From positions 91,638 through 143,238 of the IMG/VR virus record IMGVR_UViG_2854395284_000002: a DNA stretch of 51,601 nt; one strand, 5' to 3'. The notes beneath the pieces are model-generated. The model did not search any database and was not told the DNA's origin. It was given only the letters and a program-made list of their open reading frames with translations. A program made the position numbers and the translations under genes. Shown here piece after piece: positions 44,901 to 51,601 of the stretch; position 1 is the stretch's first letter, and the number at the start of each line of letters is the position of its first letter. Source of the stretch: a virus. Its lineage: Duplodnaviria; Heunggongvirae; Uroviricota; Caudoviricetes.

Positions 44901-45864
44901 AGAGAAAATAGTTTTTTGCTTCTTCCGGCAGCTCCAACTCGTCCAGTTCTTCAATCAGATAATGCCCGTAATCTTCCTCGGTTTTTACGGACGAATAAAT
45001 CCAGTAACAGTCAAGATTTTGTGCAAGGTTTATAATGTCCTGCAAGTCCCTTGTATGGTCGCCGTATGTGATAGCCGCAGCAAATTTTTCCCGGTCGTCG
45101 TCAAACTGCATTTTCAAAAGCTCGCCCAAATAGTTCAGTTCGTCAAGGCTTTCAAGCTCGGTCAATTTCCCTGCCAGTCCCGGAATAGAGGACTGATATT
45201 CTGTGATGTGCAGCTCCCCGTAGTTTTTGCCGTCTATCCCGATACGGTCAAAGACTTCTTTCAAATGTTCAGCAGTCGTGGGGAATGATACCCATTCGCC
45301 CGCAGGTCTGCCCTCGGTGTACTTTCCAAGATTAGAAAGATACCCGCTTAAAATCGTTTCTTCCATGCGCTCACTCCTTTCTTTCTCAATCATGCGGTGC
45401 ATAAGCTCGTAGTCCTCCATGCTCATGCTCCCGTCAAATAGATAGGGGTCGGGTTCTTCGCCGCCCCGGTAGGCTTTTTCAGAAAAAGGCAGCCCCGCAG
45501 CGTGGGCGGCGGCTCTTGCTTCCTCGATAAGCTCCGGCGGCAGCCTGTCGTCGTGGGCTTCGATAAATTCCCCGATATTGCTATATCCGTTTTCGTAGTG
45601 GCGGCGCACCCCGGCGGTCAGTTCGTCAAGGTTCCTGTCCTCGCCAAGATAGCCGGAATAATAGCCGTTTACCACAACGGCGGCAGGGTCAGCCTGTTTG
45701 ATTTCTTCCATGCGGCTTCTGTCCTCCGGGTAGAGAATATCGCCCATTTCAAGGTGGAAATATTCCGCGTTCCAAGAACGTCCCGTTTTCCAAAACGCCA
45801 CCCAAGCGATACCGTCCCTTAATTCTTCTTGATAGTCTTTTACGGTGTCCCGTAAATTTGCCAT
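41992..45864 (-). CDS. polyvalent protein: ArdA + ArdC-like ssDNA-binding + HEXXH metallopeptidase + YodL + DUF4316
   Basis: NLGKYTEG...GEWVSFP (ArdA); YSLNN..LI..Q...GYKQW...V.PGEKAI; HEIAH; FNIDHP.DFKGHSLSVSDVV; EQNYNMIDG.INN. Confidence 0.85.
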   Translation of the reverse strand: MANLRDTVKDYQEELRDGIAWVAFWKTGRSWNAEYFHLEMGDILYPEDRSRMEEIKQADPAAVVVNGYYSGYLGEDRNLDELTAGVRRHYENGYSNIGEFIEAHDDRLPPELIEEARAAAHAAGLPFSEKAYRGGEEPDPYLFDGSMSMEDYELMHRMIEKERSERMEETILSGYLSNLGKYTEGRPAGEWVSFPTTAEHLKEVFDRIGIDGKNYGELHITEYQSSIPGLAGKLTELESLDELNYLGELLKMQFDDDREKFAAAITYGDHTRDLQDIINLAQNLDCYWIYSSVKTEEDYGHYLIEELDELELPEEAKNYFLYEEYGRDAAINDGGRFTEQGYIYNNRNTFTQWYDGRDVPEEYRVTPQPPVQEKEQADLDAAAAIPTTATEQPPVLPIILSSEKPANKMKEITDRLEQGILGIYESDRYADYLRTMSKFHDYSLNNTILIAMQGGNLVKGYKQWEKEFDRHVKPGEKAIKIIAPAPFTVKKQVEKIDPDTQKPVFDKNGKAVTEEKEIQIPAFRVVSVFDVSQTEGKELPDLGIKELTGDVEQYQDFFAALEKTSPFAMGFEALSGSIKGRCNYEEKCILINEGMDELQNIKTAIHEIAHATLHDIDKDAPERPDRRTREVQAESVAYAVCQHYGLDTSDYSFGYIAGWSSGKELAELKGSLETIRSTAASLIDTIDGHFAEIQKAQDKEQTTEQAQTPQEATIQPEAEAAAPELPEETAPVQEKEAQTEPEADTGASSEAPQPEQAAPAAPYYTINEAAAKRAKDANSFSDYKQGSATAEYRHYVDEAVQLAERQKQRVDPMYHEKIDSLLDTYARKLAANMNKGYEIDARVPSILIAGGSNFPTRKKEKQNAARDSNYREWQDIQGLLDKIRSTGMGGISADDPQAVQKLEKKLESLEKSQETMKAVNAYYRKHKTLDGCPHLLPEQLEKLKADMASSWHLGDKPFATWALSNNSAEIRRVKDRIKSLSQQKEIGFVGWEFDGGKVEANTEANRLQIFFEDKPDEATREALKSNGFRWSPKAGVWQRQLTSNAYYAADYVKAIAPLTGEKPTELQRAHIRAQKVAAQEQFAQGQPEQEAPQDKDTFSIYQIKGGDETRDLRFEPYDRLIAAGHRVDAKNYTLVYSAPLTPGTSLEDIYTRFNIDHPKDFKGHSLSVSDVVVLHQNGQDTAHYVDSFGYKDVPEFLQPENYLKAAEQTTEQNYNMIDGQINNTPTATELEEKAKAGGQISLAEYAEALKAEKKQAEPEKKSSIRAQLKAAKEQAQKKQARQKTQDLERS

Positions 45865-45976
45865 GTGTAACCTCCTTTCCCAAAGGCAGCGCGGACGCTG
45901 CGCTTTCCAGTTTCATCATTCAGTACCCCGCGCCCGCGTTTTTGCCAAAGAGTTTAGATATTTTTTCAAGATTTCA

Positions 45977-46076
45977 GAGGGTTTGGGAAACTTCCCAACA
46001 AGCAAAAATCCCCGCCGTTCTCGGTAGAGAAAGCAGGAATTTTACGGAAAAGGGTACTCTTTTCCTATGCTTGCTA
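45977..46076. other. oriT-like site, copy 2 (inverted)
   Basis: 46043-46076 is the exact reverse complement of 37896-37929; 45977-46005 matches 37967-37995 with one mismatch. Confidence 0.55.
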
Positions 46077-46081
46077 TTCAG

Positions 46082-48172
46082 TTATTTTTTCTTCGGAAGC
46101 TCCACCCGGTAGTTGACATATTTCCCGCCCGTATCAGCCAATACGATAGTTCCGTCGTAGGTCTTGCCCGTCTTTGGGGAATAGAGCTTTTTCACATTTA
46201 CCTTGCCGGATTGTAAGAGCGCGGCGGCAATCTTCGGGGTAAAGGTTACTTTTCGTTCTTCAAAGAAACGGTCATTTTTCCACATGGTAAAGATACATTC
46301 CTTATTGCTGCAATAGTAATTCTTCTTGCCCTCATAGACAGGAGAACCGCAGCGGGGGCAGCTTCCCAACGCTTCCCGTTCCGGCTTGAACATCTGCGCT
46401 TTATCATCAGAAAGAAACGGGTACGTCTTTACCAGTTCCCGCGCCATATTCTCAATACCCTCCATAAATGCGGCGGGGTCTGCCTTGCCTTTTGCAATCT
46501 GTGTCAGATTGTTTTCCCATTCTGCGGTAAGCTGCGGGCTTGTCAAGGTGTCCGGCAGGACGCACACAAGGTTGATACCGTCCTTTGTGGGAAGTAGCTG
46601 CTTGCCTTTTCGCTCCACAAAACCGCCCTTTACCAGTTTTTCAATGACGGCGGCGCGGGTGGCGGGAGTTCCAAGCCCTTTGCGTTCTGCGTCCGGGTCG
46701 GTGTCCTCGCTTCCGGCGTGCTCCATAGCAGAGAGCAGCGACGCTTCGTTGTGAGGTTTTGGCGGTGTTGTGTCATGTTCCGTTACCGTTGCCGCCGGAT
46801 TTTCAAAGGTCTGTCCCTCGGTAAATGGCGGCAGGGTCTTTTCTGTGTCGCTGTCTGCGTCGTCCGTTTCGGGCTTGTTCTTTAAGGCTGCCCGGTAACG
46901 GCGGTCAATCTCTTTCCAACCGTCGTACAGCACTGTTTTTCCCTTTGCGGTAAAGGACTGTCCGGCACATTCAAATGTAGCCGTAACCGCTTCAAAGGTA
47001 TGTACTGCGGCGGTCGCCATGAGCAGACGCGCCCCGGCAAGGGTAAGGATATTCCTTTCGCTTTCCGGCAGCGCGGCAAGGTCGGTCTTTGCAAGCTCCA
47101 TAGTCGGGATAATGGCATGGTGGTCTGATACCTTTTTACTGTTCAGCACTTTTGCAAGCTCCGGCGCAAAGTCCATGCCCGCCATAAAAGAAAATTTCCC
47201 ACAAAGCAGCTTGATAATGCCCGCCGCTGTGTCGCCCATGTCGTCGGTCAGAAATGCGCTGTCGGTTCTCGGATAAGTAAGCAAACGCTTTTCATACAGG
47301 GCTTGTGCAAGGTCAAGGGTCTGCTTTGCGGTATATCCGAACAGGCGGTTTGCTTCCCTCTGCAAAGAAGTAAGGTCAAAGAGCTTCGGCGGGGCTGCGG
47401 TCTTTTTCTCTTTCACAAGGGAAGTACAGACTGCTTTTGACGCTTCACAAGCAGCTTTCAGCCTGTCAGCTTCGGAACGGTCAGACAGTTTTTCGCTTGC
47501 AGCTTCCGCGCCGGATAAGGACAGGCGCACATGATAGTATTTTTCTTTCTTGAACGTGGTAATCGCCGCGTCCCGGTCAACAAGCATTTTTAAGGTCGGG
47601 GTCTGTACGCGTCCCACATTCAAGGTATGGTTGTAAAGGACAGAAAAAAGACGGGTGGCGTTGATACCGATTAGCCAGTCAGCCTTTGCCCTGCATAATG
47701 CGGAAGCAAAGAGCGCGTCGTATGCTTCGCCGTTCTTCAGATGAGAAAAGCCCTCTTTGATAGCAGCTTCTTCCATTGAGGAAATCCACAAGCGGCGCGT
47801 GGGCTTCCTGCACCCGGCAACTTCGTAGACAAAACGGAAAATGAGTTCTCCCTCGCGCCCCGCGTCGCAGGCATTGACGACTTCGGAAACGTCTGCCCGG
47901 TGCATAAGTTCCTTTAAGGTCTTGAATTGCTTTTCCTTGTCAGAAGCAACGGTGTACTTCCATTCCTGCGGCAAAATCGGTAAGCTGTCATAGCTCCACT
48001 TTTTATACTGCTCCCCGTAGGCGGCAGCTTCGGAAAGCCCTACCAAATGTCCCACGCACCAAGAAACGATATAGCCGCTTCCTGTGAGAAATCCGTCTTT
48101 CTTTTCCTTTGCCCCAAGTACGGCAGCGATTGTCTGTGCCACACTGGGCTTTTCTGCGATAACTAAAATCAA
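46082..48172 (-). CDS. topB: DNA topoisomerase III (type IA)
   Basis: IAEKPSVA TOPRIM, ACDAGREGE, GRVQTPTL, TYPRTD, GLGTPATRA, C-terminal zinc ribbon. Confidence 0.95.
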   Translation of the reverse strand: MILVIAEKPSVAQTIAAVLGAKEKKDGFLTGSGYIVSWCVGHLVGLSEAAAYGEQYKKWSYDSLPILPQEWKYTVASDKEKQFKTLKELMHRADVSEVVNACDAGREGELIFRFVYEVAGCRKPTRRLWISSMEEAAIKEGFSHLKNGEAYDALFASALCRAKADWLIGINATRLFSVLYNHTLNVGRVQTPTLKMLVDRDAAITTFKKEKYYHVRLSLSGAEAASEKLSDRSEADRLKAACEASKAVCTSLVKEKKTAAPPKLFDLTSLQREANRLFGYTAKQTLDLAQALYEKRLLTYPRTDSAFLTDDMGDTAAGIIKLLCGKFSFMAGMDFAPELAKVLNSKKVSDHHAIIPTMELAKTDLAALPESERNILTLAGARLLMATAAVHTFEAVTATFECAGQSFTAKGKTVLYDGWKEIDRRYRAALKNKPETDDADSDTEKTLPPFTEGQTFENPAATVTEHDTTPPKPHNEASLLSAMEHAGSEDTDPDAERKGLGTPATRAAVIEKLVKGGFVERKGKQLLPTKDGINLVCVLPDTLTSPQLTAEWENNLTQIAKGKADPAAFMEGIENMARELVKTYPFLSDDKAQMFKPEREALGSCPRCGSPVYEGKKNYYCSNKECIFTMWKNDRFFEERKVTFTPKIAAALLQSGKVNVKKLYSPKTGKTYDGTIVLADTGGKYVNYRVELPKKK

Positions 48173-48187
48173 TGATAATTCCTCCTT

Positions 48188-48373
48188 TTATCGTTCGGTC
48201 TGTCGTTTGTTTTCCAGTTTTCTCATACAGTACCCCACACAAGGGGACTGCCCCTTGTAAGGGCAGCCCGCGCAGCGTGGGGAAGAAAGCTCCGGCGGGG
48301 ATTTTTCCCGTTTGCCATAGTCCGGCTTCTGTATCATCATCTTTTCAAAGGGATTGTCGGTAAACAGGGTCAT
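48188..48373 (-). CDS. small Cys-rich ICE protein (61 aa)
   Basis: C.GCPY....C...C. Confidence 0.6.
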   Translation of the reverse strand: MTLFTDNPFEKMMIQKPDYGKREKSPPELSSPRCAGCPYKGQSPCVGYCMRKLENKRQTER

Positions 48374-49095
48374 ACTTCCTCGTCCTCCGTTTCTTCCTCT
48401 TTGGAAACTTCCCCGGTATCTGCTTCCGGCTCGTCCTCGTCGTAATCCTCAAAGTCAAAATCTTCAAGGTCGGTGCTTCCTTTCACGTTATGCTTCGGTT
48501 TTACAAACTTAAAGTAGTAGAACGCCGCGCCGCCACCAAGCAGCACAAAGAGGACTAAGGCAAGCACCGCGCCGGGATTGCCGTCTTTTTCTTTGGGTTC
48601 TTCCGGCTGCTCGGTGGGTGTTGGCGTGGGTTCCTTGCCTGTGCAGCCTGTCAGAGTAGTTGCACATACCGGGCAGGACGTATTTACCTTTCCGACTTCG
48701 CATTTTTCCGTACAGTTGCAGACTTCCGGCTTTTTCGTGGCTTCCCCGGTTTCGGTCAGTGCCATAAGGTCGGCTTCGTCCACTTGATTAAGGAAATGTA
48801 CGGTCTGTTCCCCCTCGGCTGCCCGGTCAATGAGGATATAAAAGTAGTTGCCGCCTTTGGTGGTAACAGTGATAAGCTGCTTATTGCCGCCGAAATCGTC
48901 CACCAGTGTTGCGTTGCCCTTTGGGGTAAGGGGCGGCGTTTCCGGTTCTTCCACCACTACATTGCTGTCGTTGGTCGCGTCCTCTGTGGGTGGCTCTGCG
49001 GCTGTTCCCTGTGCATAGGCAGGGACAGAAAAACCGCCCATAAGGATAAGGGCGGCACAAAGGGCAGTCATGGTCTGTTTGAGTTTATTTTTCAT
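48370..49095 (-). CDS. DUF4366-domain exported/membrane protein
   Basis: PLTP.GN.TLVDD...KQ.IT.TTK.GNYFY..IDR...V.FLNQVDE.DL; C-terminal TM. Confidence 0.85.
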   Translation of the reverse strand: MKNKLKQTMTALCAALILMGGFSVPAYAQGTAAEPPTEDATNDSNVVVEEPETPPLTPKGNATLVDDFGGNKQLITVTTKGGNYFYILIDRAAEGEQTVHFLNQVDEADLMALTETGEATKKPEVCNCTEKCEVGKVNTSCPVCATTLTGCTGKEPTPTPTEQPEEPKEKDGNPGAVLALVLFVLLGGGAAFYYFKFVKPKHNVKGSTDLEDFDFEDYDEDEPEADTGEVSKEEETEDEEV

Positions 49096-49354
49096 CTGCA
49101 TTGTCCTCCTGTTCTTCGTAGTCTGCCGCTTCGGTAGCGGGTGCGGCGTTCATGCCGGGAATACCGCCGCCGGACAGCATAGCATTTAATTCCTGCGGGG
49201 TAAGTCGCATAGCGCGTACAAGCTGCACGATTTCAAGGTTTTCCGCTTCGGTTTTCTGCGCTTCCAGTCCTTTTAACTTGTTCTGATACTCTGTGATTTT
49301 CTCGCGGGTCTTTGCGATTTCCTTATTGATACGGTCGATTTTGTTGTTTGCCAT
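49085..49354 (-). CDS. DUF4315-family protein
   Basis: KI..I.KEI.KT.EKI...Q.KL..LE..K.EAENLEIV..VR. Confidence 0.85.
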   Translation of the reverse strand: MANNKIDRINKEIAKTREKITEYQNKLKGLEAQKTEAENLEIVQLVRAMRLTPQELNAMLSGGGIPGMNAAPATEAADYEEQEDNADEK

Positions 49355-49385
49355 AAAATAAATTCTCCTTTCTTTTCGGGGCTGC

Positions 49386-51329
49386 TTACCAGTTCATCAG
49401 CCCGTAGCCTTTGATACATTGATAGTTGAGGTCATAGCTTTTAATCTTGCAGGCGTCGCCGGAATTGCCCTCAACGGTATAGACGCGGCTTCCGTCCCTG
49501 CCAAGCACAAGCCCCACATGGTCGGCAACGCCGTCTAAATCCCAGTCGAAAAAGATAGCGTCGCCCGGTGCGATATTCTCATAGCCGCGTGCGCCCCATT
49601 GTCCCCTTGACTGGAACCAAGGAACGCCCTGCCATTCGCAGCCCGCAAAGCGGGGTTCGCTTTTTCCGGCTTGATTGTAGCACCATGACACAAAGCAGGC
49701 GCACCATTCCACGCGGCTGTTAAAGCCGTACCAAGACCAGTAAGGGTAGCCGCCCACGTTTCCGACCTGCTGTTTTGCAAGCTCCATAAGCTCCGGGTTT
49801 CCGGGACGTGTGCCGTTTACAAACTCCACGCCGCTTAAATCCTCGGACGGGCTTCCGTCGGGAGAGCCGCCGCCAAAAATCAACGGTTTGTTGCCCTGTG
49901 TCTGTAAGTACACCTTGAACATTTCAAACTGCTGTGGGTTCAGCAGTTCTTCCGCAAGGGAAGCAATCGGCTTGTTTGTCAGTTTCACATTTAAGATACG
50001 GTATTCGTATTCTTCCTCGTTGCCCTCCTCGTCGGTGGTGGTGCGTATCTCGATTTCTTCCGTCAGCGTCAAGGTGTACTGTAAGCCGAACAGCCGTTTT
50101 AGCTCTGCCTGTGCGCTCTGCGGGGTGTAACTCTGCAAAAGGGCAGTCAAGTACGACGCTAATTCGTGGGGGTTATGCCCGATAGTATCAAGGTCATAGC
50201 GGTATTCATCATAGCCGCTGTGGGTGCTTTCGATATTGTCAATTTCCTGTTGCAGCTCATTTTCCATTGCAGCATAGCTCTGTTCCGTTGCCACAAGGTC
50301 GCTGTCCTCGGACGTGTAGGAAGTCCCTAACACGCTGTTCATGCTGCCGGAAAACATTGCCCCACAAGAGGAAAGCCCTACGGATACCATGATGAACAGA
50401 AGCAGCGCGGCGATAGCGATTATCACGCCTGCCGGGTGTCGTCCTGCAAAGGCAGCCGCTTTCTTTGCTGCTGTTTGGGACGCTCCGGCGGCAGCTTTGG
50501 CGGTGGCTGCGCCGCTTTTCTTTACGGTTTTTGCATACTGGCGTTTGATTTTCTGTTTCTGCATGAACCGTGAAAAGGGATTGCTTGTAAGCTGCGGGTT
50601 CTCCTGCAAGGCTTTGTGATACTGAAAATTGACGTTTGCCTTAAACGCTGCCTGTTCTGCCTTTGCCGCTTCCCGGTAGGGTTTCAGCTTATGGCTGCGG
50701 TAGCCCTGTTTTAATTTTCTTGTCCCGTACCTTGCGCCGCGCTCGGCAAGTTCCTCCGATTTGTGCGCGCCCTCCACACCGGAATTATCTTTCTCGACGC
50801 TATGGATTTTGTTGTGAACAAAAATACCCGCTTCCTGCGCGGGGTGGGATAACGGGTTACTGTGGGCTTTGCCGCCGGGTATCGGCTTTTCCTGTTCTTC
50901 AAAGCGTAAACGGGTCTTTGCCTTTCCGGCGGTTTCCTCAAAGGTGCGCTCTTTTACAAGTTTCTTCTGCTTCGGGAGAGCTGCCTTTGCTGCGTCCAGT
51001 TTGTCGGCTGCTTTTTCCGATTTTTTGATGTAGGGTTGCAGTTTTGGCGTTTCCCGTTCCTCGTCGGTAAACTGCAAGCGTGAGGTGGAAGTACGCAAAA
51101 CAGCCGCTTCCTGTGCTTTCTTGACTGCCTTTTTGCTTGCCTTTCGGGTATGGGCTGCGTCAAGGTGTTCCATGACACGCTCTGCGGTAGCGGTGTCCGG
51201 CTGTGAAAAGTCGCTGTCTGCTTCCCGGCTGCTGATACGCTCGGCAGTCTGCTGTGTTTCATTGATTTCCACCGCACCGTCGCGGGTCATTTTCTGCGTG
51301 ATTTTATCGCGTGGTTTTAACTGTTTCAT
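49386..51329 (-). CDS. conjugative peptidoglycan hydrolase (CHAP/NlpC-like C-terminus)
   Basis: G..YWSWYGF..RVEWCACFVSWC...PGD.IFFDWD......HVG.V.......TVEGNS. Confidence 0.88.
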   Translation of the reverse strand: MKQLKPRDKITQKMTRDGAVEINETQQTAERISSREADSDFSQPDTATAERVMEHLDAAHTRKASKKAVKKAQEAAVLRTSTSRLQFTDEERETPKLQPYIKKSEKAADKLDAAKAALPKQKKLVKERTFEETAGKAKTRLRFEEQEKPIPGGKAHSNPLSHPAQEAGIFVHNKIHSVEKDNSGVEGAHKSEELAERGARYGTRKLKQGYRSHKLKPYREAAKAEQAAFKANVNFQYHKALQENPQLTSNPFSRFMQKQKIKRQYAKTVKKSGAATAKAAAGASQTAAKKAAAFAGRHPAGVIIAIAALLLFIMVSVGLSSCGAMFSGSMNSVLGTSYTSEDSDLVATEQSYAAMENELQQEIDNIESTHSGYDEYRYDLDTIGHNPHELASYLTALLQSYTPQSAQAELKRLFGLQYTLTLTEEIEIRTTTDEEGNEEEYEYRILNVKLTNKPIASLAEELLNPQQFEMFKVYLQTQGNKPLIFGGGSPDGSPSEDLSGVEFVNGTRPGNPELMELAKQQVGNVGGYPYWSWYGFNSRVEWCACFVSWCYNQAGKSEPRFAGCEWQGVPWFQSRGQWGARGYENIAPGDAIFFDWDLDGVADHVGLVLGRDGSRVYTVEGNSGDACKIKSYDLNYQCIKGYGLMNW

Positions 51330-51555
51330 AGGCTGCTCACTTCCTCCGGCTTCGTCGTCATAATGCGGTAAAGCTCGGTATCTTTCGGGAAATGGTCTAC
51401 AAAGGGAAGCACCACATTCCCATAAAAGATAAGTCCCTCGCCTGCTTCGGTGTGGGTTACATACTTCATCTGCTGTGGGCTGATATTTAACTGCTTTGCA
51501 AGGATAGCCCGGTCGCCCTGTGCCTGATTGAGCATGAGGACAAAATCAGAGTTTT
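51326..51555 (-). CDS. 3' exon of a VirB4/TraE-like conjugation ATPase
   Basis: (E)NSDFVLMLNQAQGDR..L...LNIS..Q..YVT....GEGL.FYG...LPF.D.FPKDT.LY..MTTKP. Confidence 0.85.
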
Positions 51556-51601
51556 ATAGTGATAGGTAAGCCCCTGATATCATCTCAGGCTTTTCCCCCA
51601 C
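51556..51601 (-). mobile_element. 3' end (domain VI) of a group II intron
   Basis: Minus strand GTGGGGGAAAAGCCTGAGATGATATCAGGGGCTTACCTATCACTAT: DVI hairpin ending in AY, joined directly to a split Glu codon. Confidence 0.75.

Larger units (their letters stand above)
28510..51601 (-). mobile_element. ICE with a Tn916-type int/xis module and a Tn1549-type conjugation module (continues beyond the window)
   Basis: Terminal sequence with AGTAGTAAATT arm sites, int, xis, orf7/8/9-like genes, mobC/relaxase, topB, DUF4366, DUF4315, CHAP, VirB4 C-terminus; GC-richer backbone. Confidence 0.92.

Noticed and set aside
41268-51363. Plus-strand ORFs in the ICE backbone (e.g. 43234-44145, 30244-30921 and similar)
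   Set aside because: Shadow frames of GC-rich genes or non-coding leaders, with no family motifs.
1-51601. tRNA, rRNA, reverse transcriptase or virion structural genes
   Set aside because: None recognisable in this window; the intron RT, if present, lies beyond the right edge.

Overview
Two nested mobile elements with Firmicutes (Lachnospiraceae/Clostridia-like) sequence style. (1) 1-~28.5 kb is part of a large AT-rich phage/plasmid-like element. About 65 mostly small genes all lie on the minus strand (1-24.1 kb). They include a serine recombinase, an AcrIC5-like protein, a beta-clamp homologue, an LPD11 protein, an orphan HicA-like protein, an XRE-HTH/ParB-like fusion and a HigBA-type pair. 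A sigma-A promoter at 24.72-24.75 kb drives a hairpin-dense leader of about 580 nt ahead of this array. To its right are an origin-like region (21-bp repeats plus DnaA boxes), a DUF3825 gene and a winged-helix gene cut by the second element. (2) ~28.5 kb to the window end is a Tn916/Tn1549-type ICE: int/xis, a BceAB-RS-like cargo, MobC/relaxase, an ArdA-containing polyvalent protein, TopB, a CHAP hydrolase, and a VirB4-like gene interrupted by a group II intron. The most unusual feature is a 16-bp palindrome, TGAAAY-N4-RTTTCW, found about 20 times between one gene's stop codon and the next gene's RBS across the small-gene array, giving it a cassette-array architecture. Family calls come from motif recognition by eye and were not confirmed by any database search.
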